Shown here in pieces: positions 48,608 through 59,613 of a stretch of 64,000 nt of DNA. The notes beneath the pieces were generated by a model. It was given only the letters and a program-made list of their open reading frames with translations. It ran no database searches and was not told the origin of the DNA. Made by a program: the position numbers and the translations under genes. Within the stretch, counting starts at the first letter, position 1. Every line of letters starts with the position of its first letter. This stretch comes from Promethearchaeota archaeon (GTDB lineage: Archaea > Asgardarchaeota > Thorarchaeia > Thorarchaeales > Thorarchaeaceae). The DNA is taken from positions 1-64,000 of the forward strand of contig WJMJ01000148.1 in assembly GCA_014728035.1 (NCBI GenBank), given 5' to 3'.

Positions 48608-49867
48608 TTGACAGAAGAAAGAACCGATCAGGTTTCGGAAGGACATAATGCTGATGAGGTCCATATTGTCGCTATTCTTAACCTATCAGTTGTAACATTT
48701 CTTGTATTACTCGGGTTAAGTATGGTTGCACCAATTCTTCCAGAATATGCTGAAAGTTTCGATGTATCATATACATTGGTAGGATTTGTAATTTCATCTT
48801 TTGCAATTGCTAGAGTGTTTATAGACATTCCAGCAGGTCTTCTTTCTTACAAGTACAATAAGAAGAGAATCATGATTTCTGGATTGATTCTTATAGCAGT
48901 TTCATCAGTACTTGCTGGTTGGGCACCTATTTATGAAGTCTTAATATTTGCTAGAATTATTGAGGGAGCAGGTTCAGCACTATATGTAACAGCTGCAACA
49001 GTCTATCTAGCCCAGATTGCTAGTAAGAAAGAGAGAGGCAAATGGATGAGCCTCTACATGGGATTATTACTTCTGGGTTCAATTTTTGGACCAACTTTTG
49101 GAGGAATACTTGCAGAAATCTATGATATTCATGCGCCGTTTTTTGCTTATGCTATCATTGCAACAATTACTATTATCCCAACGATTACTCTCCCTTACAT
49201 CCCAGAATCAGGAGAAATAATTGACTACAGTCCCAGAAAAATAATCAAAGACATTGGGTCTGTACTTCGATATCCATCCTATCTAATTGCAACATTTGCA
49301 ACTTTCACATTATTCTTCATTAGGACTGGAATAAGAAGTACACTTGTTCCATTATTTGCTGGGAATAATCTGGGATTAGGTTCAAGTGAAATAGGTCTCA
49401 TCCTTACGTTCGCAGGGATAGCAACAACTCTTGTAGTTCTACCTATTGGAAGTATTTCAGATAGAATTGGTAGAAGAAATCCCTTGATTCTATGTCTAGT
49501 ATTAACTGCAATCGTAACCGTATTTCTCCCATATTCAACAGACATGCTAGCTCTAACAATTTTCATGGCAATATATGGAGCTACAACTGGATTATCAGGC
49601 CCGATGGTAGCCTACGTTACCGATGTATCACCTGAAGACAAATTGGAGGTTTCGCTTGGATTGTACCGAACTATTGGAGATCTGGGCTTTGTAGTCGGAC
49701 CAACTGTACTTGGGCTAATTGCTGACGAAACTGCGATTCCAATAGCTGGAGCTGAACATTCGGGATTAATTGTCCCCTTTCCTTTTCTAATTGCTGTATT
49801 ACTTATGCTTATCACAGCTCTCGTTCTAACAAAAGGACAAAACAAAATTTTTCAGAAAAAAGAATGA
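48608..49867 (+). CDS. MFS transporter (DHA1-like)
   Basis: About 12 TM segments, motif A (GSISDRIGRR), ARIIEGAG and GPTFGG. Confidence 0.92.
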   Translation: MTEERTDQVSEGHNADEVHIVAILNLSVVTFLVLLGLSMVAPILPEYAESFDVSYTLVGFVISSFAIARVFIDIPAGLLSYKYNKKRIMISGLILIAVSSVLAGWAPIYEVLIFARIIEGAGSALYVTAATVYLAQIASKKERGKWMSLYMGLLLLGSIFGPTFGGILAEIYDIHAPFFAYAIIATITIIPTITLPYIPESGEIIDYSPRKIIKDIGSVLRYPSYLIATFATFTLFFIRTGIRSTLVPLFAGNNLGLGSSEIGLILTFAGIATTLVVLPIGSISDRIGRRNPLILCLVLTAIVTVFLPYSTDMLALTIFMAIYGATTGLSGPMVAYVTDVSPEDKLEVSLGLYRTIGDLGFVVGPTVLGLIADETAIPIAGAEHSGLIVPFPFLIAVLLMLITALVLTKGQNKIFQKKE

Positions 49868-49890
49868 GGGTTAGGGATCAAATCCCTAAC
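49856..49890 (-). terminator. Hairpin terminator between convergent genes
   Basis: GTTAGGGAT-CAA-ATCCCTAAC with an A-run on its left side. Confidence 0.55.
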
Positions 49891-49896
49891 ACATAA

Positions 49897-52806
49897 CTAT
49901 TTTCTTCTCTTCACCAGACAAATTATTGCAATTAAAGCAACAATTCCAACACCCACAATCATTGCGTTTTGTTGGATGAAACTGATAATTCTATCAATAA
50001 TTTCTCCTGCTGGCGGTATGCTATCAGTAGTCGTTGATGATGTTGTTTCCCCATCAGAAACAGATGTGAAACTATACTCTGTTGAGAGAACGATATTTCC
50101 AGCATTATCGACAGCAGCAACTCTGTATTTCACAGAACTTCCAGCGGGAGCAGGGGGAACATAACCAACATATAATCCATTATCAAGAACCATACCAACC
50201 TGATTTGTCGAGATCCAATTGTCGATAGTGAAATGAATGACTACCGAGTTCAACCCTGAGGAGTTCAGAGGTTCACTTACATTAGCCTTTATTTCAATGA
50301 ACATTGATTGAGTGATTGTGCCAGTTTGGTTTGTTGTCAATGTATGGATGGTAGGACCCAAATTGTCACCAACGACATATTCCTCAACGTACATAGGTAT
50401 CCCTATAGAAGATGAGCTTACAGGTGTGATTCTATAATCAACGTGTGTTCCGTACGCACTTGCTGGTATAGTTACACTGTAGCTATTTCCAGAACCAGCT
50501 GTCATATTGAATATGCTGCTCGAAGAGAAATCATCGTAAGACAATTCGAATGGTACGAAATCTGCGTTGTGTATGGTTGCGTTAATTACTATAGCACTTT
50601 CATAAGTCGGTATGGAAGGTATCAAGTCTACCGATTCAATAACAGGAATATTACTCGTTTCTATGACCGCCTGACATACGTTGAGTTTTCCGTAACCCCA
50701 GACATAACTGGGGATACCACCAGGAGGTGGATTGATAACTCCAGTAAATGTATCAGTATATGCAGTTTTTTCAATTATGTCCTTGACCAATGAACCAACA
50801 TCATTGTTCAATTGGAGAATAAGAGCTGCAGCGCCAGCAACATGGGGTCCAGCTGCTGAAGTACCACTAAAGAGTTGATAGCCACCAAATACTGGATAAC
50901 ATGGCATACCACCAGTTGTCCACCAAGCAGCATACGGAGAGTCATCCGACCAAGAAGATACTACATCCCAGCCACCTGGCGCTGAAATCGACATATGATT
51001 ATTTCCATCGATTCTAGGGCCTAGTGATGAGTATGTTGCTATTGCACCAGCAGGAGGATATCCTTGCGATACCCAGATGTTTCTACTATGATAGGAAGCT
51101 ACAGCAATCGCTTTGTCAGCAGTTGCAGGCCACGTGATAGTATATTGACTATCTACGGAATCATACCAAGACGCACCATAACTCCATCCAGATGCATCAT
51201 CCGCAATATACAGATGAATCTTTCCAGCTGCAGTAGTATTGATATCAATATCCCAGTATTGAGTATCTTCAATTGTTCCCGAGATGTCAATCGCAAACAT
51301 GTAAGTTCCACGTGAGGAAACAGACTTGAAGGTGTCAATGGTAACATTGCTTGAGGTAATTGCATTCTGGAAGTTATAATATCCCGAAGAGAATGTTAAT
51401 TGATGATCAATTGTTCCAGAAGCTGTTGGTTCAGTGATATTGATTTTTGCATCAGAGATATTGGTCTTAGAAAGAACTGTTAAATACATCTCAGTAATTC
51501 CAGCACCATTGGGTGCATAAAATCGAGTTGAAGTAATGGAATTTGATACTGACGTATACGACGCATGTCTGAAGCCTTCAGATCCGCTACCGCGCATATT
51601 TCCAGCTGGTACGATAACAGGTATTCCACTAGCAGTTAAAGAGTCAATCATACTCTCGACATTACTCGAACCGTCAAGATACTGATAGCTCCATGCTCCA
51701 AGTTCAATGATTATCACATCAGCCCCATGGTCACGGGCCCAAATTAGACCTTCCTCTACTGTTAGCCCATCAGAACCAAAGACATTGATAGCCATCAATT
51801 CTGCATCAGGAGCTACACCAACAAATTGTCTGTAACCTAACTGCCCACCATTAAGAATTCCAGCTACCCCAGTTCCATGTCCATCAGTGTCATCAAACAA
51901 ACTGTAGGTCAGATTGGATCCTCGCTCATAGACCTGAACAACACCAAAGGGCTTATGGACAAGATACTTTGTCTTTGGAGTCTTCAGACCTACTAGAATA
52001 TCCCCAGTATCAAAAATTCCAAAATTGGCTGTATCATTTATGACAAAGAAGGTATCTCCATAATCTAAACTACCAGAAACACTTCCATTATCCATCCAAA
52101 TCCAATCTACTGTCATATTGAAAGTACCACTATTATCAACGTCAATAGTATACAGGGTTTCATCAGCAGAAATGGTAAGATCATTGTTTATATCAATGCC
52201 ATCAGTCCCATTGTCAAATTGCCAATTTATTGCCACATCAAAATAGTTGTATTTCGCTCCATCCGGGAAGAAAAAGTCCGGATGCCTCCATTGAATACCT
52301 GTATCAAGATCAGCAATTAGAATATCCTTTCCAGTCAAGTTTCTTCCTGCAATATCCTGCATTTGCCATGCAAGATTTGTATACGTATCATTTATTGAAA
52401 CATCTCTCGGACTTGTTTTTATCCGTTCAACAATCGGATCAATCTGAAGCGTATATGGGTCATCGTGGAGAAACAACCTAGTAGCTTCAGAAATTTTAGC
52501 TAGATAGATAGTTCCTACATTCTTAATTGAAGAACCAAAATCTACACCTACTGATTCATAATATGCAATATCTACTGCATCAAGTTCGCGGGAAAATTTT
52601 ATCGTGACTTCACTCTTCGGCCCATCATCATTTACAAAAGATTCTGGATCAGGTTTCGTAGTTGTTACTACTTCTGACTCAGCATGATAGACAGGACTAC
52701 TGAATATTACAAGGGCTATAAGGAGAATAGCCAACACTGACGTGCGGTGCATATCATCCCTCTCTGAATAATTATCCATAACTAGAAATATATGAAGGTT
52801 GAGCAT
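49897..52806 (-). CDS. Membrane-anchored S8 subtilase
   Basis: Catalytic DLDTG, GHGTGVAG, PAGN (oxyanion) and FSGTSAAGPHVAG. Signal peptide and C-terminal TM followed by KRRK. Probable start MHRTS. Confidence 0.92.
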   Translation of the reverse strand: MLNLHIFLVMDNYSERDDMHRTSVLAILLIALVIFSSPVYHAESEVVTTTKPDPESFVNDDGPKSEVTIKFSRELDAVDIAYYESVGVDFGSSIKNVGTIYLAKISEATRLFLHDDPYTLQIDPIVERIKTSPRDVSINDTYTNLAWQMQDIAGRNLTGKDILIADLDTGIQWRHPDFFFPDGAKYNYFDVAINWQFDNGTDGIDINNDLTISADETLYTIDVDNSGTFNMTVDWIWMDNGSVSGSLDYGDTFFVINDTANFGIFDTGDILVGLKTPKTKYLVHKPFGVVQVYERGSNLTYSLFDDTDGHGTGVAGILNGGQLGYRQFVGVAPDAELMAINVFGSDGLTVEEGLIWARDHGADVIIIELGAWSYQYLDGSSNVESMIDSLTASGIPVIVPAGNMRGSGSEGFRHASYTSVSNSITSTRFYAPNGAGITEMYLTVLSKTNISDAKINITEPTASGTIDHQLTFSSGYYNFQNAITSSNVTIDTFKSVSSRGTYMFAIDISGTIEDTQYWDIDINTTAAGKIHLYIADDASGWSYGASWYDSVDSQYTITWPATADKAIAVASYHSRNIWVSQGYPPAGAIATYSSLGPRIDGNNHMSISAPGGWDVVSSWSDDSPYAAWWTTGGMPCYPVFGGYQLFSGTSAAGPHVAGAAALILQLNNDVGSLVKDIIEKTAYTDTFTGVINPPPGGIPSYVWGYGKLNVCQAVIETSNIPVIESVDLIPSIPTYESAIVINATIHNADFVPFELSYDDFSSSSIFNMTAGSGNSYSVTIPASAYGTHVDYRITPVSSSSIGIPMYVEEYVVGDNLGPTIHTLTTNQTGTITQSMFIEIKANVSEPLNSSGLNSVVIHFTIDNWISTNQVGMVLDNGLYVGYVPPAPAGSSVKYRVAAVDNAGNIVLSTEYSFTSVSDGETTSSTTTDSIPPAGEIIDRIISFIQQNAMIVGVGIVALIAIICLVKRRK

Positions 52807-52990
52807 ATGAGTTCTGTACGATTTTTCGAAAGGATATATGCAAAAGGGTCAGCAAAATCAAGATTTTCTCCAACAAAGGTGGAAAGAAATATATAATAAT
52901 TTGTTAGATTACTGGTAGAGTTAGTATTGAACTATGGGCATTCTTTGGTATTAGTACTCGTTATGAAATTACTACTCAAGAGGATAACAC

Positions 52991-55900
52991 ATGACTACCT
53001 TACGAAAATCGATTTTATTTCTAGTTACAATCTTGTTCATGTCTAGTATTTTATTGGTAAATCCCATTACCACAACACATGATAGTGTGACTAAAGAAAG
53101 CACTGAGATCTCTGAAGATATCAAGGAAATTCAAGACTATTATAATAAAGTCAAGTCACCTGAATTCACCCCAGAAGTTCACCATTTACTAACCTCATGG
53201 CAAAATGGTGAAGACGTATCTGATTCGCTAATAATGCAAGATGGAAAACCTAGCATTACCATCTATGGAACAAATCAAATGAGTTTCACAGAGGTAGAGC
53301 AAAAAGTTGAACTCACTTGGAAAGCTGATTTGAAAGCGCTTCGAGTGGTTAAAGCGTACTTGCCATCATCAGATGCAATTGAAGAAATTCTTACTATTGA
53401 AGGTGTAACTACTATTTCTGCAAATGAACTAAGTGATACCTCAAACGATTTGATTAAGAACTTGAATACCGTTTCTGAAATCGAACCCGGTCTAGATATG
53501 GAGCAGGTAAGAGAGATTGTGAAAAGTAGTGCGACCTATACTAGATACACTGGAGAAGGTGTGACAATCGGTCATGTTGATACCGGATGTGATTTTGGTC
53601 ATCCAGCTTTACAACATGCATATCATCAAGATAGTTTTGATCCCAGTGGGTTTAGCCTTGTTCCTACCATAACTAATGCTAATACAACTGAAATCATCGA
53701 CACTGAAGATTGGTTATTATATGGAAACATTCTGACATATGAAAATGAAGGAAAAATATACATCAATACTACCGATTGGGATCCATGGGTGAATAACCAA
53801 GGTAGTGCACGAAGTCTTATGGGACTCTTGCCTCCATATGGCGATGGATATCCATACGGTAGTAACGTTGGATTTGTAGGTGTCTACGAGTGGGCATGGG
53901 AAATAAATAATGCTTCAGAATTTGTTGCTACTGAACTCTGGAAAGATTGGGAAATCCCTAGTAGTATAACTGGAAATATCAGTCTTGGTTGGGTATTCCA
54001 GCAAAGGCAAAATCCCTATACCAAAATGTTTGCACCTGCTTTGTTGTTCCAGGAAGGAAACGAATGGAACCTCGTGATTGACTGGGAAGGTGCTGAAGGA
54101 TGGACAGCATTCTGGAACGGTGGTATGTATTGGGAGAGTCTCGATCTTAACAATACTGTTGACAGAACCAAGATTACTGACTTATTTGATTGGAGCTTTG
54201 CTGACGATTATGCCGATGGCGATATTTACAATCTAAGTAATCCTATTGTTGCTGAAGACATTGATGGTGATGGAATCGACGATTTTAGCTTAGGAGCTTT
54301 ATCCTGGACCTACGACGCAGATACATGGTTCCAAGACGAAAAGATGTTCAAAGGATTCCGCTCGGATGGTGAAGCATTTGCCTTGTATTTCGACCATGGA
54401 ACTCATGGTACCGCTACTGCAGCTCACATAGCTGCGAAAGACAATTTGGGTACATTTTATGATGAAGATAATGAAAGATATACTAACCTTACAGGAATAG
54501 CACCGGATGCAAAAATACTATCAGTTAGTACATTAACTACTGGTGTGGATTATGGAGGTTATTTGTGGATATGTGGTTTTGATTATAATGAAACCACGGA
54601 TAGATTCTACTACAATGCCACGAGCACACACCAAGCAGATCTTACATCCAATTCTTGGGGCTGGATTACGGAACCAAGTAGCGAATTTAATTACATCTCA
54701 ATGACATGGACAATTCTGTCAGTTCCCGACTACCTTGATGCTTCATATCCAGGTGTGCTACATGTCTTCTCAGCAGGTAACGAGGGTGCTGGTTTTATGA
54801 CTGGTGGTCCACCAGGATGTAGTCCAGGTGTACTTACAGTTGGTGCCTCAACAGCTAGCGAATGGCTAGGATACCTATATGGTGACACACAACCCTACTC
54901 AAATGGATTAGCAAACTTCGCTAGCAAAGGACCCAACTTTTCTGGTTATCCAAAGCCCGATGTTGTAGCTCCTGGTTTTGCCGACTTTTCTGCGAATCCA
55001 TGGTACAGTCAATATCTAGGACAGTACTACTATCCAAGTCCCTACGGATACGTTCCAACCGCTAACACTACACTATTCAGTGGTACAAGTCAGGCAGCTC
55101 CTATCGCAGCTGGTGTTGCAGCACTTGTTGTAGAAGCGGCAGCTTCAACATTAGCACCTTCAAGAATCAAGACTATTTTACAAAGTAGTGCAGGTGATCT
55201 TGGCTATGGTCCAGCAACTCAAGGTTTTGGTCTTGTTAACGCAGAGGAGGCATGTGATTTCGCAGATGGTTCAGGTGGATTCATTGGAGAAACAATTGAT
55301 TCATTCAACAATGTGGCTGAACAGCTTGATAATGCGTATGATTATTGGGGAGTTTTCCCAATTTCATCAATAACTGGAACTGTTCTAGAATCCCAATCTT
55401 CAGAACATCCACGAAACATGGATGATGCATCCATCTATTTTGGATTAGTCATGCCAACTGATACTGTTACTGTCAATTACAAGGTCTATAATGCAGGTAA
55501 TGTTACCCCTGAAGATGCAACTGGAACAACATATTCAGCTGGCGAATATACACTCGCAGAGAGTTATTCATTTCAAGGTCAAACATTCTCATACAACGAT
55601 ACAGTTGTAACTGATAGCCAGATGTATGGATGGTATAACCTCAGTTATTCGGTAAACAACCCCTTATTTGACGTTGCATTGAATCAGTACAACTACATGA
55701 CAATTGTCATTTCATTCAATGCATCTGATGTAGCAGGTTACGAACCTTGGAGTTTTCTATATGATTGGACGGACTCGAATGGCGACGAGATGCCGAATCA
55801 ATACAATCAAAGTACAGGGATTGGTGATGAGTTGGATAGATTGGGGAGTGCATCGGACCCGAGTAACATCAATATGATGCCTTATGCTGTTAGAAGTTCA

Positions 55901-58042
55901 GAAACACTATATACTGAACATGGAGCGAATCTTACTATCGTGATTCATGATCCAATTCATGATATAGACATGTCTGCAATAGGAAACGACTTCACCTGTA
56001 AAATACTATTCTGGCAAATTTCAAATACTGACCTATCTGGGTCTGGAGAGATAAATCTAATAGAAGATGATGGTTTACCAAATACCTACAATATTTCACT
56101 TGATGTCCCTATCGGTGCTGACTATGGAATTCATCAAGGATACATATTTCTGCAATCCTATAACTTGACCATTCCTTATAGTTACAATGTAGTAGCTAAT
56201 TTGACAGGAAATGCAGGTGCCATTCATACAATCGTTGATGGAGCAGGTGACCAGCTTCAACCATTTGATGCACCAATGTATGGTTGCATGGAGTCAGATC
56301 CAGATGACTGGGACTTTCGAAGTTTCGTGATTTACAATCCAAACACTGCAGCTAGTAATCTTGCTGCTCGTGTAGAATGGCCAACCTTAGACAACAATAT
56401 GACAGTTGAGATATTGACCAGCTCAGGTCAAACTATTGCTGAAAATGGTATAGGTGAGCCCTATAGTACAGGAGTCATCACAGATTCTCTAGACACCCCA
56501 GAGGGATATTACTATATCCTCATTCATGCAACAGAACTCAGTGGTTTCATTGAAAAACCAGCTAACTATACTTTAGAAGTCATGTGGTACGACCTTTTGC
56601 CCGATGAGGAGCCGATTCTCCAATGGAAATCGAATGACCAGCCCAGTTTCACCCAGATAATGGATGAGGATAATTTAGTTGGAGACCATGTGATTATTAA
56701 TGCAACCTACCCAGAATTTAACCTTGTAAATATGCCAGAATATGAGATTACAGAAATCTCTATGAATTTGTATTCTGGTTTGTACAAGACAGAGTTTGGA
56801 AACCTTGTTATTCCAAGTCCTAATTATGATCCGTTCAGTGGAATAATTGACACAAGCCAGTTTGCTTGGGAATACATTTCTGGTATTAAAGAGAATGAAA
56901 TAGTAGATATAACCTGTGAATTCAACAATGAAGATTCAGATATAATGGTTTGGTGGCAAGACACCGATAGTTCATCATGGAGCTTTGTGAATAATCTTGT
57001 GGGAAATTCTATGAATACTTCAAACAACCCGGAGTCGGGACAATTCATTGCTAATCGTGATGGCACACTTGCAATCGGAATCTTTGACTTTAGTAAGGAC
57101 GCAGGTACCTATTTGGTTAGCGTAGATACTCGTAGGGGATTCACAGAAACTGCCGATTCTCGAACACTTATGGTAGACTCCTATAGGACTCTAGGGAATG
57201 GTGTCTATGGAATTCAAATAACAGCTAGAACTGGAACAAACAACGTATTATCCTTCTCTCTAAGCTCAATTAATATAACTAATTTCTTTGCTCCTGAGAT
57301 ATCCAACCTAGTTATTACTGGCGAAGATGTAAAAACGGTAGAATGGGATATATCGGACCGTAACGCAGATGACGAGCATATCTATGATATCTATTTGTCA
57401 CAAGATGATGGTTTGAGTTTTCAACTGCTAAATTCTGATTTCAAAGGTAGCCAATATATCTGGGATTCAACCGGTTTCTTATCCCGTGAGAATTACATCA
57501 TAAAGATAGTAGCTTTTGATAATTCCACGACCTATCGGCCTTTGGGTTATGCTATTTGGCCAGGTCTTACTGATACTATAATTTCAGACAAATTCAGTGC
57601 AGGAACAGTTATTCCTGCAGCTCCTATAATAGACCATCCGTCAGATATCACATTTGAAAATGGTACAATTGGGAATTTTCTTTCATGGCATCTCGAAAGT
57701 GACATTCCAGATAGCTACGTATTGACTCTTAATGGTGATATGCTCCTATCTGGAAACTGGGATGGATCAAACATTTCCATAATACTGGACTGGCTAAGTC
57801 CAGGTTCATATATATTTGAGCTAACTGTAAATGATACAGTAGGCCAGAGTGTTAGTGATTCAGTGAATGTAATAGTAACAGCTGACGGAACTGATACATC
57901 AACAAGTACAACAACTGAAACTACAACTACGACGACAAATCCTGAAATCGTAGACCCAGTCATGATGCTCGTAATCATTGGTGGAGGAGTAGGAATCATT
58001 GCTATCATTGTAGTCATTATATCCCTACGTAAGAGAGGTTAA
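52991..58042 (+). CDS. Large membrane-anchored S8 subtilase (pyrolysin-like)
   Basis: HVDTG, HGTATA, SAGN and FSGTSQAAP, with a long insert between Asp and His. Ig-like domains, Thr-rich linker, TM followed by RKRG. Confidence 0.92.
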   Translation: MTTLRKSILFLVTILFMSSILLVNPITTTHDSVTKESTEISEDIKEIQDYYNKVKSPEFTPEVHHLLTSWQNGEDVSDSLIMQDGKPSITIYGTNQMSFTEVEQKVELTWKADLKALRVVKAYLPSSDAIEEILTIEGVTTISANELSDTSNDLIKNLNTVSEIEPGLDMEQVREIVKSSATYTRYTGEGVTIGHVDTGCDFGHPALQHAYHQDSFDPSGFSLVPTITNANTTEIIDTEDWLLYGNILTYENEGKIYINTTDWDPWVNNQGSARSLMGLLPPYGDGYPYGSNVGFVGVYEWAWEINNASEFVATELWKDWEIPSSITGNISLGWVFQQRQNPYTKMFAPALLFQEGNEWNLVIDWEGAEGWTAFWNGGMYWESLDLNNTVDRTKITDLFDWSFADDYADGDIYNLSNPIVAEDIDGDGIDDFSLGALSWTYDADTWFQDEKMFKGFRSDGEAFALYFDHGTHGTATAAHIAAKDNLGTFYDEDNERYTNLTGIAPDAKILSVSTLTTGVDYGGYLWICGFDYNETTDRFYYNATSTHQADLTSNSWGWITEPSSEFNYISMTWTILSVPDYLDASYPGVLHVFSAGNEGAGFMTGGPPGCSPGVLTVGASTASEWLGYLYGDTQPYSNGLANFASKGPNFSGYPKPDVVAPGFADFSANPWYSQYLGQYYYPSPYGYVPTANTTLFSGTSQAAPIAAGVAALVVEAAASTLAPSRIKTILQSSAGDLGYGPATQGFGLVNAEEACDFADGSGGFIGETIDSFNNVAEQLDNAYDYWGVFPISSITGTVLESQSSEHPRNMDDASIYFGLVMPTDTVTVNYKVYNAGNVTPEDATGTTYSAGEYTLAESYSFQGQTFSYNDTVVTDSQMYGWYNLSYSVNNPLFDVALNQYNYMTIVISFNASDVAGYEPWSFLYDWTDSNGDEMPNQYNQSTGIGDELDRLGSASDPSNINMMPYAVRSSETLYTEHGANLTIVIHDPIHDIDMSAIGNDFTCKILFWQISNTDLSGSGEINLIEDDGLPNTYNISLDVPIGADYGIHQGYIFLQSYNLTIPYSYNVVANLTGNAGAIHTIVDGAGDQLQPFDAPMYGCMESDPDDWDFRSFVIYNPNTAASNLAARVEWPTLDNNMTVEILTSSGQTIAENGIGEPYSTGVITDSLDTPEGYYYILIHATELSGFIEKPANYTLEVMWYDLLPDEEPILQWKSNDQPSFTQIMDEDNLVGDHVIINATYPEFNLVNMPEYEITEISMNLYSGLYKTEFGNLVIPSPNYDPFSGIIDTSQFAWEYISGIKENEIVDITCEFNNEDSDIMVWWQDTDSSSWSFVNNLVGNSMNTSNNPESGQFIANRDGTLAIGIFDFSKDAGTYLVSVDTRRGFTETADSRTLMVDSYRTLGNGVYGIQITARTGTNNVLSFSLSSINITNFFAPEISNLVITGEDVKTVEWDISDRNADDEHIYDIYLSQDDGLSFQLLNSDFKGSQYIWDSTGFLSRENYIIKIVAFDNSTTYRPLGYAIWPGLTDTIISDKFSAGTVIPAAPIIDHPSDITFENGTIGNFLSWHLESDIPDSYVLTLNGDMLLSGNWDGSNISIILDWLSPGSYIFELTVNDTVGQSVSDSVNVIVTADGTDTSTSTTTETTTTTTNPEIVDPVMMLVIIGGGVGIIAIIVVIISLRKRG

Positions 58043-58051
58043 ATAGAATCT

Positions 58052-58090
58052 AAGGGCATCAACATAATTGCCCTTTTTCTTTTTTATTTA
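58052..58090 (+). terminator. Hairpin + U-tract terminator
   Basis: AAGGGCA...TGCCCTT followed by TTTCTTTTTT, 10 nt after the stop. Confidence 0.65.
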
Positions 58091-58199
58091 ATGGGACTCA
58101 TAGAAGACAAACCTGAAGAACTAATTACTTCGTCCAATCCTGAAAGTTACTCGGTTTTATTATTCATACTAGTTAAAAGGGAAACATACTGTCATAGAG

Positions 58200-58832
58200 A
58201 TGGAAGTATTCGATATGGTAGAAGAAATTACCATTTGGGCAGATACAAAGAAGAGTGCAAAAGTTGTTGAGAATTTCCCCGCAAACACTACATCAATAGA
58301 CCTCAGCGACAGAAGAATTGCATCATTGGACCCAGAGATATTCAAAGAGTTTCCAAAGTTGGAAGTACTAACCCTCTCTGGAAATGAAATATCAAGTATT
58401 GATCTAACCTACATTGGAGAAGCAGAAAATCTAGTCGAATTATCACTCAATGCAAACGAAATTGACATAATCGATTTATCTCCTCTATCAGGTCTAGAAA
58501 ATCTGACCCATCTAGGTCTTTCATTCAACAGGTTGAAAACGGTCAATCTTGGACCCTTGAGTAAATGCAAAAGTCTCAAGGCATTACACCTGTATGATAA
58601 CAAGATAGACTCCATTGATCTCATGCCACTTGTTAAATGTAAGAAGCTTAGAAATCTTACACTACAAAATAATCCATTGAAGACCCTCGATATCACTGCA
58701 TTATTTAGATGCAAGACACTTGTTCAATTCGGAATTGACGATGAGGTGAAACTAACTGCTGATAAAAAGTACAAGGATAAGAAAATCCCCTATGGTCTGA
58801 AAGGATTCAAGAGCAGAATTGAATGGATTTGA
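58200..58832 (+). CDS. Leucine-rich repeat protein
   Basis: About six 22/24-aa LxxLxLxxNxIxxIDLxPL repeats. Confidence 0.92.
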   Translation: MEVFDMVEEITIWADTKKSAKVVENFPANTTSIDLSDRRIASLDPEIFKEFPKLEVLTLSGNEISSIDLTYIGEAENLVELSLNANEIDIIDLSPLSGLENLTHLGLSFNRLKTVNLGPLSKCKSLKALHLYDNKIDSIDLMPLVKCKKLRNLTLQNNPLKTLDITALFRCKTLVQFGIDDEVKLTADKKYKDKKIPYGLKGFKSRIEWI

Positions 58833-58890
58833 GTGATGCTTGTATAGTATCCCGTAATAAACGGCACAGAAGACTTAAGAATCTGTTCAA

Positions 58891-59568
58891 GTGAGAATGA
58901 TACTGGTATCACGCTTGAGCGAAGAAACTATCCTAACAAAGATTGGAATAATACTCGAAAGAATAGGAACACTTAGAATTCTTACTGTATTTGCTACACT
59001 TGTTTTGGGAATAGGGGGTTTCATTGCTCAAGATTTTTGGACACTGACCAGTCCGCCTAACGAAGTTACATCCGAGTTATTCTATCTACCACAGATTGTG
59101 TCAGTATATCTTCTAGCGATTATTGGTACCACTGTCTTTACGATAATCGGATATATTGGTAAGATTATTGCAAAAGGAGATCTTATGACAATCATATTCA
59201 TGGTCTTGTTCTTTCTTCCAGCTTTCTATGCTACCCAATCGTTGGGGATTCTCTTTTCACCTGAAGCAATGTCTCTGGAGATTGATTTCGAGCTGTTCGA
59301 AACAATTACATCTTCAGTCTATTCAGCAACTGGAACTCTTTATCTCGCATTTACAATTCTTGGACTTGGCAGAGCAAGTAATAAGAAAACAAGAGTCCCA
59401 GGTTTACTTACAACAATATTCTCATTTATTGCAATGATACAAATGGGGTATACATTTATGCACAATCCTAATGCTGCATTTGTTCATATTTCATTACTAA
59501 CAGCAGTTCCAGCATTCATTGGACTATTCCTTATAGAGAAACGATTTCTATTTGAGGAACAGGACTAA
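58891..59568 (+). CDS. Hypothetical 6-TM membrane protein
   Basis: Six hydrophobic segments. Confidence 0.6.
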   Translation: MRMILVSRLSEETILTKIGIILERIGTLRILTVFATLVLGIGGFIAQDFWTLTSPPNEVTSELFYLPQIVSVYLLAIIGTTVFTIIGYIGKIIAKGDLMTIIFMVLFFLPAFYATQSLGILFSPEAMSLEIDFELFETITSSVYSATGTLYLAFTILGLGRASNKKTRVPGLLTTIFSFIAMIQMGYTFMHNPNAAFVHISLLTAVPAFIGLFLIEKRFLFEEQD

Positions 59569-59613
59569 GCAAAATCTATACCAAACAGAACAAAGGAAAG
59601 AGTCGTGATAAAC

